A stretch of DNA of 32,000 nt. Origin: Bacillus subtilis subsp. subtilis str. 168 (GTDB lineage: Bacteria; Bacillota; Bacilli; Bacillales; Bacillaceae). The translations under genes and the position numbers were made by a program. Shown here in pieces: positions 20,806-29,102 of this stretch. How positions within the stretch are numbered: the first letter of the stretch is position 1; the number at the start of each line of letters is the position of its first letter. The stretch spans positions 2,490,001 to 2,522,000 of the forward strand of contig NC_000964.3 in assembly GCF_000009045.1 (NCBI RefSeq), read 5' to 3'. The notes under the pieces are model-generated. The model searched no databases and was not told where the DNA came from. It was given only the letters and a program-made list of their open reading frames with translations.

Positions 20806-21945
20806 TCAGGTTCCGCCAAGCAAATACTTGGAAATAATCAGTCTTTGAATCTCGTTCGTCCCTTCATAAATTTGCGTCACCTTTGCATCGCGAAGCAGGC
20901 GCTCAACTGGATAATCCTTCATATAGCCATATCCCCCATAAATTTGAACGGCGTCTAACGCCGCCTTTACGGCTGCATCGGAAGCAAATTGTTTAGCCAT
21001 AGACGCTTCTTTTCCACAGTTTAGGCCGCGGTTATGAAGGTCTGCAGCGTGGTAGACAAGATGTCTTGCCGCCTCAGCTCTAGTCGCCATATCAGCCAGC
21101 TTAAATGATATGCCTTGATTGGCTGCAATCGGCCTTCCAAATTGCACTCGCTGCTTCGCATAATCAACGGCATGCTCAAGAGCCGCCTCTGCAATTCCGA
21201 GGGCCTGTGCCGCAATGCCGATCCGGCCGACATTTAAATTCGCCATGGCAATGTGAAAGCCATCCCCCTCTTTGCCAAGCAAATTGGCTTCAGGCACTTC
21301 TGCATTATCAAAAATCAGTTCCGTAGTATTGGAGCCATAAAGCCCCAGCTTTCTTTCTTTTTTTCCAACGGTAAAACCGGGTGTGTTTTTTTCAACAATA
21401 AAAGCCGAAATCCCGTGCCTGCCTTGATCTGGAGCTGTTAAAGCAAATGTGATATAGATATCAGCTGCTCCGCCATTCGTTATGAATATTTTCGATCCGT
21501 TTAATAGGTATTTGCCGTTCTTTTTGATTGCTGTTGTGCGGAGGCTCCCGGCATCCGACCCCGAGTGAGGCTCCGTTAGTGCAAATGCGCCCAAATGGTC
21601 TCCTGACGCGAGATTTGGTATATATTTCATCTTCTGTTCTTCGTTGCCGAAATACAGAATCGGATTCGTGCCGACTGAGGTATGAACGGAGAGAATCACG
21701 CCGACAGCCGCGCTGATTCTAGAAATCTCATGAATTGCCAAAATATAAGAAACAACGTCCGCTCCAGCACCGCCGTATTGTTCCGGCACCGGTATTCCCA
21801 TCAGTCCGTGTTTACCCATTTTTTTGATCAGCTGAAAGGGAAATTCGTCCGTTTTCTCCATGATTTCCGCAGCGGGAGCAATTTCTTTTCGTGCAAAATC
21901 ACGCACCATTTTTCGCATCATGACTTGCTCTTGGGTTACATGCAA
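20806..21945 (-). CDS. mmgC: Acyl-CoA dehydrogenase, 379 aa with TTG start (GTG start at 21954 is the alternative)
   Basis: ACAD motifs AFALTEPHSGSDAG and YGGYGYMKDYPVERLLRDAKVTQIYEGTNEIQRLII; start ambiguous. Confidence 0.93.
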   Translation of the reverse strand: MHVTQEQVMMRKMVRDFARKEIAPAAEIMEKTDEFPFQLIKKMGKHGLMGIPVPEQYGGAGADVVSYILAIHEISRISAAVGVILSVHTSVGTNPILYFGNEEQKMKYIPNLASGDHLGAFALTEPHSGSDAGSLRTTAIKKNGKYLLNGSKIFITNGGAADIYITFALTAPDQGRHGISAFIVEKNTPGFTVGKKERKLGLYGSNTTELIFDNAEVPEANLLGKEGDGFHIAMANLNVGRIGIAAQALGIAEAALEHAVDYAKQRVQFGRPIAANQGISFKLADMATRAEAARHLVYHAADLHNRGLNCGKEASMAKQFASDAAVKAALDAVQIYGGYGYMKDYPVERLLRDAKVTQIYEGTNEIQRLIISKYLLGGT

Positions 21946-21972
21946 CTCGGCCACCCCCGGATGGAATAGACT

Positions 21973-22836
21973 TCAGGAAGTCTTCTCCTCATAGTCATAA
22001 AAACCGCGTCCGCTCTTTTTGCCAAGCCAGCCTGCTTTGACATACTTGCGGAGCAGCGGGCAAGGACGGTATTTGGAATCGCCAAGGCCTGAGTGAAGGA
22101 CTTCCATAATTGATAAACACGTATCCAGTCCGATAAAATCCGCTAATGCAAGCGGACCCATCGGATGATTCATGCCCAGCTTCATCACTTCATCTATTGC
22201 CTCCGGCTTCGCCACTCCCTCATACACGCAATAGATGGCTTCATTAATCATTGGAAGAAGCACACGGTTGGAAACAAACCCAGGAAAATCATTGACTTCT
22301 ACCGCTGTTTTCCCCATCTTTTCCGCTAATGCCATAACATCTAAGGCCGTTTCTTCTGATGTAGCCAAGCCTCGAATCACTTCTACCAGCTTCATTACAG
22401 GGACGGGATTCATAAAATGCATGCCAATAACCCGTTGAGGCCGGTTTGTTACAGCAGCGATTTCTGTAATAGGCAAGGAAGATGTATTGCTGGCCAAAAT
22501 CGTATGAGGCGGGCAAATGCGATCAAGTGTTTTAAACATCTCAGTTTTTGCCGCCATGTTTTCTGCGATAGCCTCAATCACAATGTCCGCATGCTCTGCC
22601 TCCTCAAGTGTTTGAGAAATCGAAATGCGGTTGATTACGCTCTTCACTTCCGTCTCGGTCCTTTTTCCTTTCTCAGCATCACGGGCCAGCTGTTTCTTCA
22701 GCCGTTTCAATCCTGCCTCCGCGGCCTCTGGATTCACATCATACATCCGCACATAAAAGCCCGCGTCGGCGGCTGTTTGAGCAATTCCGCTCCCCATCTG
22801 ACCTGCGCCAGCTACCATGATTTGTTTGATTTCCAT
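21973..22836 (-). CDS. mmgB: 3-hydroxybutyryl-CoA dehydrogenase
   Basis: NAD motif [14 protein letters not shown] and [15 protein letters not shown]. Confidence 0.95.
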   Translation of the reverse strand: MEIKQIMVAGAGQMGSGIAQTAADAGFYVRMYDVNPEAAEAGLKRLKKQLARDAEKGKRTETEVKSVINRISISQTLEEAEHADIVIEAIAENMAAKTEMFKTLDRICPPHTILASNTSSLPITEIAAVTNRPQRVIGMHFMNPVPVMKLVEVIRGLATSEETALDVMALAEKMGKTAVEVNDFPGFVSNRVLLPMINEAIYCVYEGVAKPEAIDEVMKLGMNHPMGPLALADFIGLDTCLSIMEVLHSGLGDSKYRPCPLLRKYVKAGWLGKKSGRGFYDYEEKTS

Positions 22837-22860
22837 TCAAATCCCCTTTTTCATCATGTT

Positions 22861-24042
22861 TTAATGAACCTGCACTAAGACGGCGTCTCCCTGTGCTGCC
22901 CCGCTGCAAATAGCGGCAACGCCCAGACCCCCTCCCCGTCGCTTTAATTCATAAACAAGCGTCATGAGAATTCTCGCACCGCTCGCGCCGATCGGGTGGC
23001 CGAGCGCGATCGCACCGCCATTCACATTTACTTTTTCAAGATCGAAACCTACGATTTTTTCACATGTCAAAACAACTGAAGCAAAAGCTTCATTTACTTC
23101 AAACAAGTCAATATCTTGGACAGTTAAACCATTCTTTTTCAGGAGCTTGTTAATAGCAAACCCTGGCGCTGCCGCCAGCTCGTGCGCTGGCATTCCCGTA
23201 GTTGAAAAACCAAGAATTGTAGCCAGAGGCCGTTTGCCAAGCTCAGCAGCTTTTTCCTCAGACATCAGCACGAACGCGCCGGCTCCGTCATTGACTCCAG
23301 GAGCATTGCCGGCTGTGATAGAACCGTCACTTGCATAAATCGGAGCAAGTTTTGCGAGCTGATCCAGACTTGTGTCACGGCGAATCGCTTCATCTTTATC
23401 AACAACGTTTGGTTTTCCTTTTCGACCGATCCAGTTGACGGGAACAATTTCATCCTGAAACTTCCCTTCATCGGCGGCCTTAGCTGCCCTTGCATGACTT
23501 CTCAACGCCCATTCGTCCTGCTCTCTTCGTGAGATTGCATATTCCTTGGCAGCTGTATTTCCGTGAACAGCCATGTGCACCTCGTCAAATGCGCACGTTA
23601 ATCCGTCATACACCATTAAGTCCCTAAGCTCGCCGTCCCCCATCCGTGCTCCCCAGCGCCCGGCGGGAACGGCATACGGAATATTGCTCATGCTTTCCAT
23701 CCCCCCCGCAACAAGTATGTCCGCATCCTGCGCCCGAATCATTTGATCACATAAAGTGACAGCGCGAAGGCCGGAAGCACAGACTTTATTCAGTGTTTCT
23801 GACGGCACACTCCAAGGCATTCCCGCCAGACGGGCAGCTTGACGGGAAGGTATCTGCCCTGAGCCGGCCTGGACAACCATGCCCATGACGTTTCCTTCTA
23901 CATCATCTCCAGAGACTCCAGCCTGTTGCAGCGCCTCCTTCATCACAATGCCCCCAAGCTCAGCAGCTTTCACCTCTTTCAAAACTCCGCCGAATTTGCC
24001 AAATGGAGTTCTTGCAGCACTTACAATGACTGTTTTCCTCAT
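22861..24042 (-). CDS. mmgA: Acetyl-CoA acetyltransferase (thiolase)
   Basis: Thiolase motifs [10 protein letters not shown] and [17 protein letters not shown]. Confidence 0.95.
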
Positions 24043-24064
24043 GGTTTCACCTCATTCAGAAGAT

Positions 24065-24078
24065 AGACAGCGCTTACA
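24065..24078. promoter_or_regulatory. cre (CcpA) site upstream of mmgA
   Basis: Minus strand TGTAAGCGCTGTCT, 13/14 match to TGWAANCGNTNWCA. Confidence 0.85.
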
Positions 24079-24098
24079 ATTTCTAGTTGTCTTCTATG

Positions 24099-24106
24099 AA
24101 TGTATG
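24099..24106 (-). promoter_or_regulatory. SigE-type -10 element of the mmgA promoter
   Basis: Minus strand CATACATT, upstream of the cre; consistent with the mother-cell expression known for mmg genes. Confidence 0.7.
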
Positions 24107-24132
24107 CTTTGAAACGGGCATGAATGAATGAA

Positions 24133-24165
24133 AAAAGAAGGCTGCGTCAAACAGCCTCCTTCTAA
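24133..24165 (-). terminator. Terminator downstream of yqiK
   Basis: Minus strand AGAAGGAGGCTG-TTTGACG-CAGCCTTCTTTTTT. Confidence 0.88.
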
Positions 24166-24168
24166 CAA

Positions 24169-24900
24169 CTATTCATTTTTCAGCAATGCCGAAGCCTTTT
24201 CTGGAAAGTCGGTAAACATGCCGTCTGCTCCCGCTTCAATGAGACGCTTCATATCTTCCGGACGATTGACTGTATACGGCCTTACCTTAATCAAACCGTT
24301 CCTCATTTTCTTCAGTACTTCATCTGTGACCCCTGGGCTGTTTATCTTCGGGTGATAGCCGGAAGCCGGAATAGACGCGATATATCGATCTGCCTGATAA
24401 AGCACATCTGAAGTTAATACTGCCCGTTCGATATGCGGTGCAAGCCGGGCGCACAGCGCCAAGCTGTCATGATTAAACGTGGATAGGATGACTCTGTCCT
24501 CTACATTAAATCGCTTCACTGCCTCCAGCACTTTTTCTTCCATTCCCTCATAGCGGATCACGCTGTTTTTTAATTCAATGTTGATGAGAAAATCCTTTTT
24601 TACCGCCCACGAGAGCACATCTTCTAGCAGCGGCACTTTTATATCGCTGTACGCTTGATCGTGACCAGCGGCCGCATTCGCAGTCTTTACCTCATCATAG
24701 GCTGTATCCTTCACGAATCCTTTAAGTGATGTCGTGCGATTAAGTCTTTCATCATGAATTACAACAATGCGTCCGTCTTTCGTCAGCTGTACATCAAGCT
24801 CTATCCCATCCGCTCCGGCTTCAATTCCTTTTTCAAATGCAAGCATTGTATTTTCGGGAAATTGACCTGATGCCCCCCGGTGGGCAAAAATCTTTGTCAT
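24169..24900 (-). CDS. yqiK: Glycerophosphoryl diester phosphodiesterase family protein
   Basis: HRGASGQFPENTMLAFEKGIEAGADGIELDVQLTKDG. Confidence 0.94.
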   Translation of the reverse strand: MTKIFAHRGASGQFPENTMLAFEKGIEAGADGIELDVQLTKDGRIVVIHDERLNRTTSLKGFVKDTAYDEVKTANAAAGHDQAYSDIKVPLLEDVLSWAVKKDFLINIELKNSVIRYEGMEEKVLEAVKRFNVEDRVILSTFNHDSLALCARLAPHIERAVLTSDVLYQADRYIASIPASGYHPKINSPGVTDEVLKKMRNGLIKVRPYTVNRPEDMKRLIEAGADGMFTDFPEKASALLKNE

Positions 24901-24978
24901 CGTTTCACCTCAAACCCTAAAGTTTTCTCCATTATACTTATTTTGTCGGCTCCACTCTAGGATTAAGGCTGTATCAAT

Positions 24979-25599
24979 CTACTGATCATAATAAGAATCA
25001 ATGCCATTGACAATCGCATCTGCGGCCTTTTGCTGGTATTCTTCACTTCCCAGCTTGTCCGCGTCAGAGCTGTTCGTGATAAACCCAAGCTCCGCCAACA
25101 CACTTGGCATTTGTGAATATGTAATGACGTAAAAGTCTGATTCTTTCACGCCCCTGTCTCTCGTTTGTAAGGAAGAAACGAGCTGTGACTGAATATCGGA
25201 TGCCAGACGCCGGCTGTTCTCCCCTTCATAATCAGATTGAAAATACGTTTCTGTTCCTGAAGCTGAAGCAACCCCTGAATTCACATGAATGCTGACAAAA
25301 AGGTCAGCCTGATTGGCACTTGCCTTAGCCACTCTTTCCTCCAAGGTCAGAAAATGATCGTCAGACCGGGATGCAACAGGATTGGCTCCCTCCTCTTTTA
25401 GTTTGTCTGTCACATGCTCTGAGACAGCCAAATTAATATCCTTTTCAAAGAGCCCGTTTCCGACCGCTCCACTGTCTTCACCGCCGTGTCCGGCATCAAT
25501 ATACACTGTTTTCCCTTCTATCGGCTCTGCTGCCTGTGCACAAGGCGCGAGCGTCAAAGCCAATCCGCACAGCGCCAAGCTCCTCCATAACATTCTCAA
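24979..25599 (-). CDS. yqiI: N-acetylmuramoyl-L-alanine amidase (Amidase_3), secreted, probable TTG start, 206 aa
   Basis: IDAGHGGEDSGAVGNG, FVSIHVNSG, AELGFITN motifs and signal peptide; GGAGG SD fits TTG better than the GTG at 25617. Confidence 0.9.
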   Translation of the reverse strand: MRMLWRSLALCGLALTLAPCAQAAEPIEGKTVYIDAGHGGEDSGAVGNGLFEKDINLAVSEHVTDKLKEEGANPVASRSDDHFLTLEERVAKASANQADLFVSIHVNSGVASASGTETYFQSDYEGENSRRLASDIQSQLVSSLQTRDRGVKESDFYVITYSQMPSVLAELGFITNSSDADKLGSEEYQQKAADAIVNGIDSYYDQ

Positions 25600-25613
25600 C
25601 TTACTCCCTCCGG

Positions 25614-25907
25614 TCACGAGTTCTTTCGCAGCTGAATATCTTCCAGCTGTAAAGTTCCATTATCCTTCTTTGTATATTTCACCAGGACATGTGTCTGATC
25701 TGGCAGTGATTCACATTCATCACGTTTATCCTTCGGAACTTGTATCATGGTTTCTTCTCCATTAAGAGAAACCGCAATCGTATGAGGATCAGCCGAGCCA
25801 ATGTATTTTCCCTCTTCGGTAAACCTCGGCACTGAGTCATCCGCACTTGCAACACTGCACCCCGAAAGAAAGAGCGCAGTAAACAGCAAAAGAACCGTTT
25901 GTTTCAC
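25614..25907 (-). CDS. yqiH: Small lipoprotein YqiH, 97 aa, GTG start
   Basis: (M)KQTVLLLFTALFLSGCSVA lipobox; SD AGGAAGAGGTGG upstream of the GTG; the track ORF extends 33 codons too far. Confidence 0.88.
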   Translation of the reverse strand: MKQTVLLLFTALFLSGCSVASADDSVPRFTEEGKYIGSADPHTIAVSLNGEETMIQVPKDKRDECESLPDQTHVLVKYTKKDNGTLQLEDIQLRKNS

Positions 25908-26075
25908 ATGACCACCTCTTCCTGATGTTTGGCTTTTATCTTTGACCAGAATGGAGAATTTGTAAAGACAACGCGAATGCAGGCGAGCAAGTTCCATGAT
26001 TTTCAAAAGGGCTATACGACCCGATCATTTCCTGTTGTTAGAAAGATAACGAGCAGATTTGTCTATGAGGATGGC

Positions 26076-26097
26076 TCTAATTGAGGCGCCAATTAGA
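26076..26097. promoter_or_regulatory. Inverted repeat, possible operator
   Basis: TCTAATTG-AGGCGC-CAATTAGA, perfect 8-bp arms, no following T-run on the plus strand. Confidence 0.35.
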
Positions 26098-26232
26098 AAA
26101 AATTAGCGGAAAGAAGCAACTTTTTATTCATTTTAAAAAATTTGAGAATAGGGTGAGCAAATCGTTTGACGGGTGGGTCAGCCAAGCGTAACCTTTTAAA
26201 GGATATTTACTTTATTGAAAGAAGTTAAAGCC

Positions 26233-26367
26233 ATGAAAAAATTCGTTCTGCTGCTGGCGGCAGCTGTCATCACATGCTCCATCGGCCACCAAATCAGTGG
26301 CGGCTACAAAGGCCCCGAAAAAGAGCGGCCAAAACATCACTCTGCACTCAAGATATTCAGTCGGTAA
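26233..26367 (+). CDS. Putative 44-aa secreted/signal-peptide-containing small protein, not in the supplied track
   Basis: ATG...TAA: MKKFVLLLAAAVITCSIGHQISGGYKGPEKERPKHHSALKIFSR; classic N-terminal KK plus hydrophobic segment; weak SD GAAAGAAG. Confidence 0.6.
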   Translation: MKKFVLLLAAAVITCSIGHQISGGYKGPEKERPKHHSALKIFSR

Positions 26368-26377
26368 AGCAGATCAA

Positions 26378-26407
26378 TTGCATTAATTTTTACATATAGG
26401 CTAGAAT
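26378..26407 (+). promoter_or_regulatory. Probable SigA promoter of yqiG
   Basis: TTGCAT-18 bp-TAGAAT, immediately upstream of yqiG. Confidence 0.6.
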
Positions 26408-26439
26408 ATGTGCGAATCCAAACGAAAGAAGATGATCAA

Positions 26440-27558
26440 ATGAATCCTAAGTATAAGCCACTTTTTGAACCATTTACGTTTAAAAGCGGCGTTACAATCA
26501 ACAACCGGATCGCAGTAGCACCGATGACTCATTACGCTTCTAATGAAGACGGTACAATATCTGAAGCGGAGCTCGACTACATCATCCCCCGTTCAAAAGA
26601 GATGGGAATGGTGATTACAGCCTGCGCAAATGTTACACCGGACGGAAAAGCATTCCCCGGGCAGCCGGCCATCCATGACGATTCCAACATTCCAGGTTTA
26701 AAAAAGTTAGCACAAGCCATTCAGGCACAAGGCGCTAAAGCTGTTGTACAAATTCATCACGGCGGTATTGAGTGCCCGTCTGAGCTCGTTCCTCAACAGG
26801 ATGTTGTGGGGCCAAGTGACGTGTTTGATAACGGCAAACAAATTGCTCGCGCATTAACAGAAGAAGAAGTGGAAAACATTGTGAAGGCGTTTGGAGAAGC
26901 GACAAGACGCGCCATTGAAGCCGGCTTTGACGGTGTCGAAATTCACGGTGCAAACGGCTACTTAATTCAGCAGTTTTATTCTCCGAAAACCAACCAGCGC
27001 ACGGATCGCTGGGGAGGAAGCGATGAAAAACGATTAGCCTTCCCGCTCGCTATTGTCGATGAAGTGAAAAAAGCCGCTTCAGAACATGCGAAGGGTGCAT
27101 TCTTAGTCGGCTACCGCCTGTCTCCGGAAGAACCTGAGACACCGGGATTGACAATGACTGAAACTTATACGCTTGTTGATGCTTTAGGGGATAAAGAATT
27201 GGATTATCTTCATATCTCACTGATGGACGTGAACTCAAAAGCGCGCCGCGGTGCAGATCCGACTCGCACACGCATGGACTTATTGAATGAACGTGTCGGA
27301 AACAAAGTGCCGCTGATCGCCGTCGGTTCCATCCATTCCGCTGATGACGCGCTTGCCGTCATCGAAAACGGTATTCCACTGGTCGCTATGGGACGCGAAA
27401 TTCTAGTTGACCCTAACTGGACGGTAAAAGTAAAAGAAGGCCGTGAAAAGCAAATCGAAACAGTGATCAAAGGCACAGATAAAGAAAAATATCATTTGCC
27501 TGAACCGCTATGGCAAGCAATTGTGAACACACAAGGCTGGGTGCCTTATAAAGATTAA
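26440..27558 (+). CDS. yqiG: NADH-dependent flavin oxidoreductase, old yellow enzyme family, 372 aa
   Basis: OYE-type TIM barrel sequence: VAPMTHYASNEDG, HHGG, GFDGVEIHGANGYLIQQF, ALVNT-like C-terminus. Confidence 0.92.
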   Translation: MNPKYKPLFEPFTFKSGVTINNRIAVAPMTHYASNEDGTISEAELDYIIPRSKEMGMVITACANVTPDGKAFPGQPAIHDDSNIPGLKKLAQAIQAQGAKAVVQIHHGGIECPSELVPQQDVVGPSDVFDNGKQIARALTEEEVENIVKAFGEATRRAIEAGFDGVEIHGANGYLIQQFYSPKTNQRTDRWGGSDEKRLAFPLAIVDEVKKAASEHAKGAFLVGYRLSPEEPETPGLTMTETYTLVDALGDKELDYLHISLMDVNSKARRGADPTRTRMDLLNERVGNKVPLIAVGSIHSADDALAVIENGIPLVAMGREILVDPNWTVKVKEGREKQIETVIKGTDKEKYHLPEPLWQAIVNTQGWVPYKD

Positions 27559-27563
27559 TGTGC

Positions 27564-27593
27564 AAAGACTGCCGAAACGATTCGGCAGTCTTT
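27564..27593. terminator. Terminator of yqiG, probably shared with the convergent 37-aa ORF
   Basis: AAAGACTGCCGAA-ACGA-TTCGGCAGTCTTT followed by further Ts on the plus strand. Confidence 0.88.
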
Positions 27594-27600
27594 TTTCCCT

Positions 27601-27714
27601 TTATATAAATAGTTTGTGTACACATCTAAACAGCAAAAGAAAGAGCTCCCCACCAACTTCGAAAAGAAAATCCAGGAAAAACCCCTCACGCTTTCTTGCT
27701 TTTTTCTTTTTCAT
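27601..27714 (-). CDS. Putative 37-aa basic/hydrophobic small protein, not in the supplied track
   Basis: MKKKKARKREGFFLDFLFEVGGELFLLLFRCVHKLFI; SD AAAAAGGAG with 8-nt spacing to the ATG. Confidence 0.6.
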   Translation of the reverse strand: MKKKKARKREGFFLDFLFEVGGELFLLLFRCVHKLFI

Positions 27715-27947
27715 TCGTACGTCTCCTTTTTACATGAATACGCCTTACTTACGATTTTGCAGGAGAAAGGTTTCATTTTATAACGGACACATCTAGGGTC
27801 GATCATGCTTCGTGATCCTATAAGATGTATGAATGGACCAAGAGTGCAGGTAATACCGCCATTTGCTTTCCTTACTTTTCAAACCTATCCTTTACTATAT
27901 GCGGATACTTAATATTCTTCTCCCATACTACAAATGTCCCCAAAACA

Positions 27948-27993
27948 AAACGCCTCCTATTTATCAGCGCAAACTAATAAATAAAAGACGTTT
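27948..27993 (-). terminator. Probable spo0A terminator
   Basis: Minus-strand RNA AAACGUCUUUUAUUUAUUAG-UUUGCG-CUGAUAAAUAGGAGGCGUUU followed by UGUUUU; all arm differences are G-U wobble on this strand only. Confidence 0.8.
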
Positions 27994-28022
27994 GATTTAA
28001 TGACCACTTAATAAGCTCATGT

Positions 28023-28826
28023 TTAAGAAGCCTTATGCTCTAACCTCAGCTTATCCGCAACCATTGCAATGAATTCACTGTTGGTAGGTTTAGCTTTTGT
28101 CATGCTGACAGTATAACCAAACAACGAGGAAATGGAATCAATGTTTCCTCTGCTCCATGCCACTTCAATTGCATGGCGGATCGCTCTTTCTACACGGCTT
28201 GCGGTTGTGTTAAATTTTTTGGCGATGTCCGGATAGAGGACTTTTGTAATGCTGCCGAGCAATTCGATGTCATTGTATACCATTGAGATTGCTTCGCGCA
28301 GATAGAGATAGCCTTTAATATGGGCTGGGACGCCGATTTCATGGATAATGCTTGTGATGCTCGCGTCGAGATTTTTCTTCTTTGGTTCAGGCTGGCTGCT
28401 GCGTATAATACTGCTTTGCGATGATGGCGCACGATGCGTCACACTGCTGGCATTTCCGCTGACCTGGCGGATATGGCCGACAAGGTTTTCCATATCAAAC
28501 GGTTTGAGAATAAAGTAGGACGCGCCTAAATCGACGGCCTTTTTCGTGACATCTTCCTGCCCAAAGGCTGTCAGCATAATGACATTCGGCTGTTTTTTCA
28601 GATCTGATTCCCTCAGCCTCTCTAAAACCGCAAGTCCGTCTAGATGCGGCATAATAATATCTAATACGAGCACATCGGGATCTTTTTCTTTAAACAGCGA
28701 CAGGCATTCCTGTCCGTTATAAGCAACGCCGATCACTTCCATGTCTTCCTGTCCTTCTATATATTCACTTAACAGGCTTACCAGCTCTCGATTATCATCA
28801 GCAACACAAACTTTAATTTTCTCCAC
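28023..28826 (-). CDS. spo0A: Stage 0 sporulation response regulator Spo0A, 267 aa, GTG start
   Basis: (M)[25 protein letters not shown]...[18 protein letters not shown] receiver plus C-terminal DNA-binding domain; SD GGGGAGGAAG before the GTG at 28826. Confidence 0.98.
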   Translation of the reverse strand: MEKIKVCVADDNRELVSLLSEYIEGQEDMEVIGVAYNGQECLSLFKEKDPDVLVLDIIMPHLDGLAVLERLRESDLKKQPNVIMLTAFGQEDVTKKAVDLGASYFILKPFDMENLVGHIRQVSGNASSVTHRAPSSQSSIIRSSQPEPKKKNLDASITSIIHEIGVPAHIKGYLYLREAISMVYNDIELLGSITKVLYPDIAKKFNTTASRVERAIRHAIEVAWSRGNIDSISSLFGYTVSMTKAKPTNSEFIAMVADKLRLEHKAS

Positions 28827-28880
28827 GTTTCTTCCTCCCCAAATGTAGTTAACAGGATTCACCCTTGCTACATGTTTACA

Positions 28881-29020
28881 TTCGACAAAACCGCTATATA
28901 CCCTCTAAAAAAATCATAATCACCAATATTAGTGGCATATCTTTGTTATTCTATGTTTTTCTCTGTTTTTCGACTAAAAATGAAATTTGACAAACAAGGA
29001 AACGTGAATTTGTCGAAAAA
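28881..29020 (-). promoter_or_regulatory. spo0A regulatory region with several 0A boxes and a SigH-like -10
   Basis: TTTTGTCGAA (minus, 28881-28890), TTTTTAGTCGAAAAA-like (around 28966-28980), TTTGTCAAA (around 28986-28994), TTTGTCGAAAAA (plus, 29009-29020); minus ATAGAATAA at about 28946-28954. Confidence 0.8.
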
Positions 29021-29081
29021 TCTTCTTTTGTATATTTTACCGTATGTATTCTGAGAAGTGAAGAGGGATCAAAATAAAAAA

Positions 29082-29102
29082 ACTGCCGGAAACTCCGGCA
29101 GT
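29082..29102 (-). terminator. spoIVB terminator, abutting its stop codon
   Basis: ACTGCCGGA-AAC-TCCGGCAGT followed by TTTTTTTATTTT on the minus strand. Confidence 0.9.

Noticed and set aside
27560-27796. Plus-strand 78-aa ORF downstream of yqiG
   Set aside because: It starts at the yqiG terminator hairpin, is rich in S/K/F repeats from AT-rich DNA, has no credible SD, and is antisense to the better-supported 37-aa ORF.
27876-27950. Possible 23-aa minus-strand ORF starting at TTG after AGGAGG downstream of spo0A (MGTFVVWEKNIKYPHIVKDRFEK)
   Set aside because: The apparent SD is inside the right arm of the spo0A terminator stem, and the ORF is very short with a rare start; better explained as terminator sequence.
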